A DNA stretch of 29,071 bases from Paecilomyces variotii (taxonomy: Eukaryota). Below are positions 24,239 through 29,071 of the stretch, in pieces; the first letter of the stretch is position 1, and each line of letters starts with the position of its first letter. A model generated the notes under the pieces. It did no database searches, had not been told where the DNA came from, and worked only from the letters and a program-made list of their open reading frames with translations. The stretch lies in NCBI GenBank assembly GCA_004022145.1, contig RCNU01000002.1; one strand, written 5' to 3'. The position numbers were made by a program, and so were the translations under genes.

Positions 24239-27200
24239 ATTATAGCTAGGCTTAAGAATTATATATTATTTAAATCTTTACTACTGCTATTTATAAAATT
24301 AACCTTAAAGAATATTTATAATAATTAAAATTAATAATACTGTCTATAATATTAAAGAAGAAGAAGAAGAAGATCTGCCTATTAATTTATGCCCTGCTTA
24401 ATATTAAAGCTAAAAAATAAGGATTTATAGATTAAAGATAGGCTAAAAATTAAAAATTAGAGCTTATCCCCCTAAAGAGCCTAATTATTCTATATATATT
24501 TAATAGAAGAGAACTAAAGAATAGGAAGATTATATATTATATTTAAATAGATATAAGAATTAAAAATTATTTTAAGAAAGATATTAAGTTCTATATTATT
24601 TAACTAGTGTATTACTCTATTATCTTAAGACTCCCCTAATTAAAGTGCTATAACCTGTACTTATAATTTATTACCTATAGTATTGTTTTTAATAGCAATT
24701 ATTATTAAAAGAATTATAATATACCCTTAAAGCTAATTAAAATATCTGCCCTATATAATATTTCTCTAAAGGCTTTATTTTAATATCTGCCCTTAAGACT
24801 TAAAAGATTAGAAGAGAGAAATATAGCCTTTATTTCTTTAGCTGCTTATTCTGCCTATACTTAAAAAAATATCTAAATATTTATAATTATTTTAGAGGAC
24901 TTAGATATTATTTTAAGGATTAAATAAATTTAAGAAGAAGACTTTGCCTATTTATTGCCTAAAAAGTTTAAAGATTATATTAATATTTTTTCTTTTAAAA
25001 AGGCTAAGCGCTTATTATTATATTATTTTTATAATTATAATATTAAGCTACTAGAGAAGAAGTTATTTCTTTTTAAACCTCTATATATTATATCCTAGGA
25101 TAAATTAAAGGTCTTAAAGGAATAGATTAAAAAAAACCTAAAAAAAAGATTTATTTGCCTAAGCTTATTATCTGCTATATCTCTAATTCTATTTATTAAG
25201 AAGCTTAATAGAAGAATATAGATCTATATAAATTACTAAGCCCTAAATATAATAATTATTAAAGATTAATACCCCCTGCCCCTAATTAAGAAGACCTTAA
25301 ATAACCTGAAAAAAATAAAATATTTTATAAAGATTAATATTATTTCTATATTTAATAATCTTTATATTAAGAAAGGATAAGAATACCTAATTATTTTCCG
25401 CACTCGACTTAGCTTATTTAAATTATTAATAATATTATTTAGCTTAATAGAAGTATTAGTAATATTCTAATAGTTTATTAATAATACTCTATAAGATTAT
25501 CTTAATATCTTTTATATTATATACTTAGACAATATTTTAATATATAGTATAACTTATTTTAAATATATCTAATATATCTGCGCTGTCTTATAAAAGCTAT
25601 ATAAAATAGGCCTATATATAAAGATCTAGAAGTATAAGTTTATTATTTTTAAGACTAAGTTTTTAAGTATTATTATTAGCTAAGACTATATTAAGATAGA
25701 CTTAGATAAGGTAAAAATAATTATTAAATAGAGGACCCTAATTTATATAATTAATATATAAGCCTTTATTAGGTTTAGTAATTTTTATTATTAGTTTATT
25801 TATAACTTTTTTAAGATAATTATACTACTTATAAACTTAACCTAGAAGGGAGTTCTCTTTAATTAAATACCCGCCTATTAGTCTAGTTTTAAAGCCTTAA
25901 AGAAGATATTTATTTAAACCCTAATCTTAAAGCTATTTAATTAAACCTATAAAGTTATAGTTAAAACTAACTTATCTAATTATATATTAATTAGAGTTAT
26001 ATCTTAATATAATAATAAAGGAATTCTATATCTTATTATATTTTTTTTAAAGAAACTCTCTGCTATAGAATATAATTATAAGATTTATAATAAAGAACTG
26101 CTAGCAATTATTTATTATTTTAAAGAGTAGCGCCCTAAGCTTAAAGGTATATTATTACTAATTAAAGTTATTATAGACTATTATAATTTAAAATATTTTA
26201 TATTAATTAAGCTGCTAAACTAGTAATAGGCCTATTAATTTAAGTTCTTATCCTAGTTTAACTTCTAAATTATATATTAACTTAGAAAGTAAGGAATAAA
26301 GCCTAATACCCTAATTAGGAGGTTAGAGAATCTCCCTAAAGAGGGGGATAAATAGCTATAATATTAGAGCTAGACAGTCTTAAAGAAGGAGAACTTTAAC
26401 CTATAGATTTAGAGATCTCTAAAATTAGAAGCTATTATTAAGAGTTAAATAGTAAGATATATCTGCTTTACCAATTTAATAGCTTAAGAGGCTAAAAATT
26501 CTGCTAAACCTATAAGAATATCTGCCTGATTTACTCTAAAAAATTAATCTATTTAGCCTAAAGAATTTATTTAGTTTATCCTGCCGCCTAATTAGTCTAT
26601 TAAGATTATTTAACCTGCTGAGGAGATAATCTAATCTATTAAAGAGACTATTTAGCCTATTAAAGAAATAGCTTAGCCTATTAAATAAGATTAGTTAAAT
26701 TCTCTTATTATACCTAATAAATTAGAGTATTTACCTAATATTAAAGATTTATTAGATATAGCTTATTTATTTAATAACTTAATATAGTCTATTTTATAAG
26801 CCTTAGATTATAAAGCTAATTATTACTCTAAGATTATATTAGCTAACTACTAGTAAAGAGAAAGATACCTATATTATAGAGACTATCTATATATTCTTAA
26901 TTATAATAAATTAAGAGCCTGCCTATTATAAGAATACTATAATAAATATATATTTAAATACTCTAAAAAATATAAGCTTTATAACTTAATTTTATGAGAA
27001 TATTATTAGCTAAATATATATTAATATATAGATTATTAGACCTAGAATTATTATATTTATTATTATATTATACCCTTAAATAAAGGCTATTAAGAAATCT
27101 TGCGCTAGCTCTTTATCTCTAAATATTTTTAGTAAGATATCTTAATAGATTTTATTATTAAACTTATACCTTGCTAAAGTTATAATATTATATTAATTAT

Positions 27201-28239
27201 TATAGACTGACTTATAAAAATAAGGTATTTTATTCTTTACTAGGCTATCTGTAATATTAAAAGAATAGCGCAATTATATATCTATTATATATAGAAGCTT
27301 TATAGGCTATTAAAAATTATAATATTTAATTAAGGCCCCTAGTTTATTATTACTTTTTAGAAATACCTAATCTAATACTTAAATATTATAAACCTGCTAT
27401 TTACTACTTATTATCTTAAGACTAATAATTAGATTAAGAGGATAAATACTATCTTAGAATAATATCTATATGCCTATATTAGCTATTTATAAGATAATTA
27501 AATTAACTAGCTATCTTTAGCTAAGTTTATATTAAACTCTTATTATTTTAAGACTATTAGAGTATTATTTTTCTTTGCTAATTATAGATTCTATCTATAT
27601 ATAAAATTTAAGCTTATTTAGCTTATAAATTAGCCTGCTATTAGAAATATTAAAGCCTTTACTAAAAAGATATAAGATATTATAGATTATATCTATACCT
27701 AGATTTATATTGCCTAAGCTTATTATAAAGAATAGATTAACTATTGCTAAATCTTAGCCTATTATTATTATATAAAATAATCTATTTAGTTAAATACTTA
27801 GAATATCTATATTTAGTGCCCTTAAAAAAAATTTAATTAGAAGAATCTTAGCTTATTCTATATTATTAAGATTATTAGCCTATATATCTATTAGCTTAAC
27901 CTATTTATCTTAATATATATCTATCTTATATTTAATATTAGCCTGCTTTACCTTATTACTAAAGATCCTATACTTAGATAAAGATAATCTTTACTACTGC
28001 TTATTAAAGTTAATAGCCTTAAAAAATAGATTATTAAAGATATTTTAGACTCTTAATAGAAATGCTATAAGTATAGAGGCTTTTAACTATAATATACTAT
28101 TAAATAAATAGATTATAATAATTTAATTAAAAAGCCTATATATTATCTATAATATACTTAAGAGATTATTACTAACTTCTATTATTACTATTTAAATAAG
28201 CTAAAGCTAAGAAATAGTCTTAATAGAGCTTAACTCTAA
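24181..28239 (+). pseudogene. pol: family A pol relic (protease, RT, RNase H, integrase, chromodomain), -1 frame relative to gag
   Basis: ALLNIKA (ALLDTGA) at 24391; YLDNILIYS at 25522; [13 protein letters not shown] ~26074; ILIDFI ~27138; N*GP*F (DRGPQF) ~27328; YYLKTNN*IKR (YHPETDGQTER) ~27409; chromodomain *IIKDILDS..YTIK*IDY ~28027-28120. Start approximate. Confidence 0.92.
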
Positions 28240-28251
28240 AGAGAGAAATAT

Positions 28252-28506
28252 TATTATAATATTAATATAGGAAATAGAGATTTATTAGCTAATGCTTATA
28301 TAAGATATTATATAATCTTATAAAGATATTTTTAGTATATAGCTTAATCTAAATTTAAGCTCTTTAAGCTATATCTTATTTACTAAGCCTACCTGTAATA
28401 GCTTATTTTAGTCTGAATTAGCTAAATAAAGATTCTGTAGCTAGTCCTAGTATTAATTTCCTTATTTTACTTATTTTAACCCGCTTCTTAAGCCCGCACC
28501 TTAATA
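28252..28506 (+). repeat. 3' LTR of family A copy 2
   Basis: Ungapped match to 22561-22815. Confidence 0.96.
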
Positions 28507-28511
28507 CTAAT

Positions 28512-28797
28512 TACTTTATATTAGCTGCTTAAGATATTATTACTTTATAATTATTACCCTATTATTAATAATATAAAGGTTAAGGCTAATTATTATAAAT
28601 TCTATCTTTATACTATTATATTAGCTGCTTAAAATATTATTACTCTATAGTATATTACTAATTATTATTATATTAGCTACTTAAAATATTATTACTTTAT
28701 AATTATTATTCTATTAGTAATAATATAAAGATTAAAGCTAATTATAATAAGTCTTATCTCTATATTATTATATTAGCTATTTAAGATATTATTACTT
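28512..28797. repeat. modular minisatellite, right part (continuation after the retrotransposon)
   Basis: Same core at 28523, 28623, 28675, 28775; removing the element and one CTAAT restores an exact 51-bp unit from 22521. Confidence 0.92.
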
Positions 28798-29071
28798 ATT
28801 ATAAGAAACTTAATATAATACTTTATATTAAGATTTATATTATTTACTATAAGAATAATTATTATCTTATTAAATTTTATTATTTCTATATCTTTATTAT
28901 AGATTAAATCTTAATTATATTAAAGAGTATATATAGGCTATACTTATAAATATAAATATAAATAGAATAAATTATTTTTACTTAATTTTTTTTCTTCCTT
29001 TTTTAAAAGATTTATTCTTAGTTTTAAATATTATATAGCTTATTAATATAAGCTATATAAATAATTAATAA

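Larger units (their letters stand above)
22561..28506 (+). mobile_element. Ty3/gypsy chromovirus family A, full length (5946 bp), RIP-inactivated, copy 2
   Basis: 255-bp LTRs, perfect CTAAT target duplication (22556-22560 / 28507-28511), PPT AAAGAGAGAAA before the 3' LTR, gag-PR-RT-RH-IN-chromodomain order. Confidence 0.97.
16950..29071. other. AT-rich RIP-degenerated repeat block (right)
   Basis: Same composition and dinucleotide bias as the left block; no ORFs in the track; left limit gradual. Confidence 0.93.

Noticed and set aside
2213..28506. Composite transposon or Starship carrying the two genes
   Set aside because: Each family-A copy has its own target duplication; no shared outer duplication and no recognisable tyrosine recombinase in the window.

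Overview
Eukaryotic DNA, most likely from a filamentous ascomycete (spliceosomal GT-AG introns, fungal chromoviruses, strong repeat-induced point mutation (RIP) signature); the species cannot be named from sequence alone. Two extremely AT-rich blocks (about 1-13100 and about 16950-29071) of RIP-destroyed repeats flank a roughly 3.5 kb island of normal GC content. The island holds two intact, convergent, one-intron genes: an HPP-family membrane protein (+, 13744-14849, 337 aa) and a small RING-H2 finger protein (-, 15780-15242, 160 aa). The left block contains a full-length Ty3/gypsy chromovirus (family A, - strand, 2213-8156) nested in the integrase of a different chromovirus (family B), followed by a palindromic TA-flanked MITE-like element abutting the island. 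The right block contains about 4.7 kb of unidentified RIPed DNA and a modular minisatellite, which a second family-A copy (+ strand, 22561-28506, target duplication CTAAT) splits. All retroelement ORFs are dead and were recognised by mentally reverting C>T/G>A changes. I found no clearly new biological system. The best leads are the isolated HPP/RING pair, the modular repeat array with its unidentified host, and a possible KKXX-ending intron-retention isoform.
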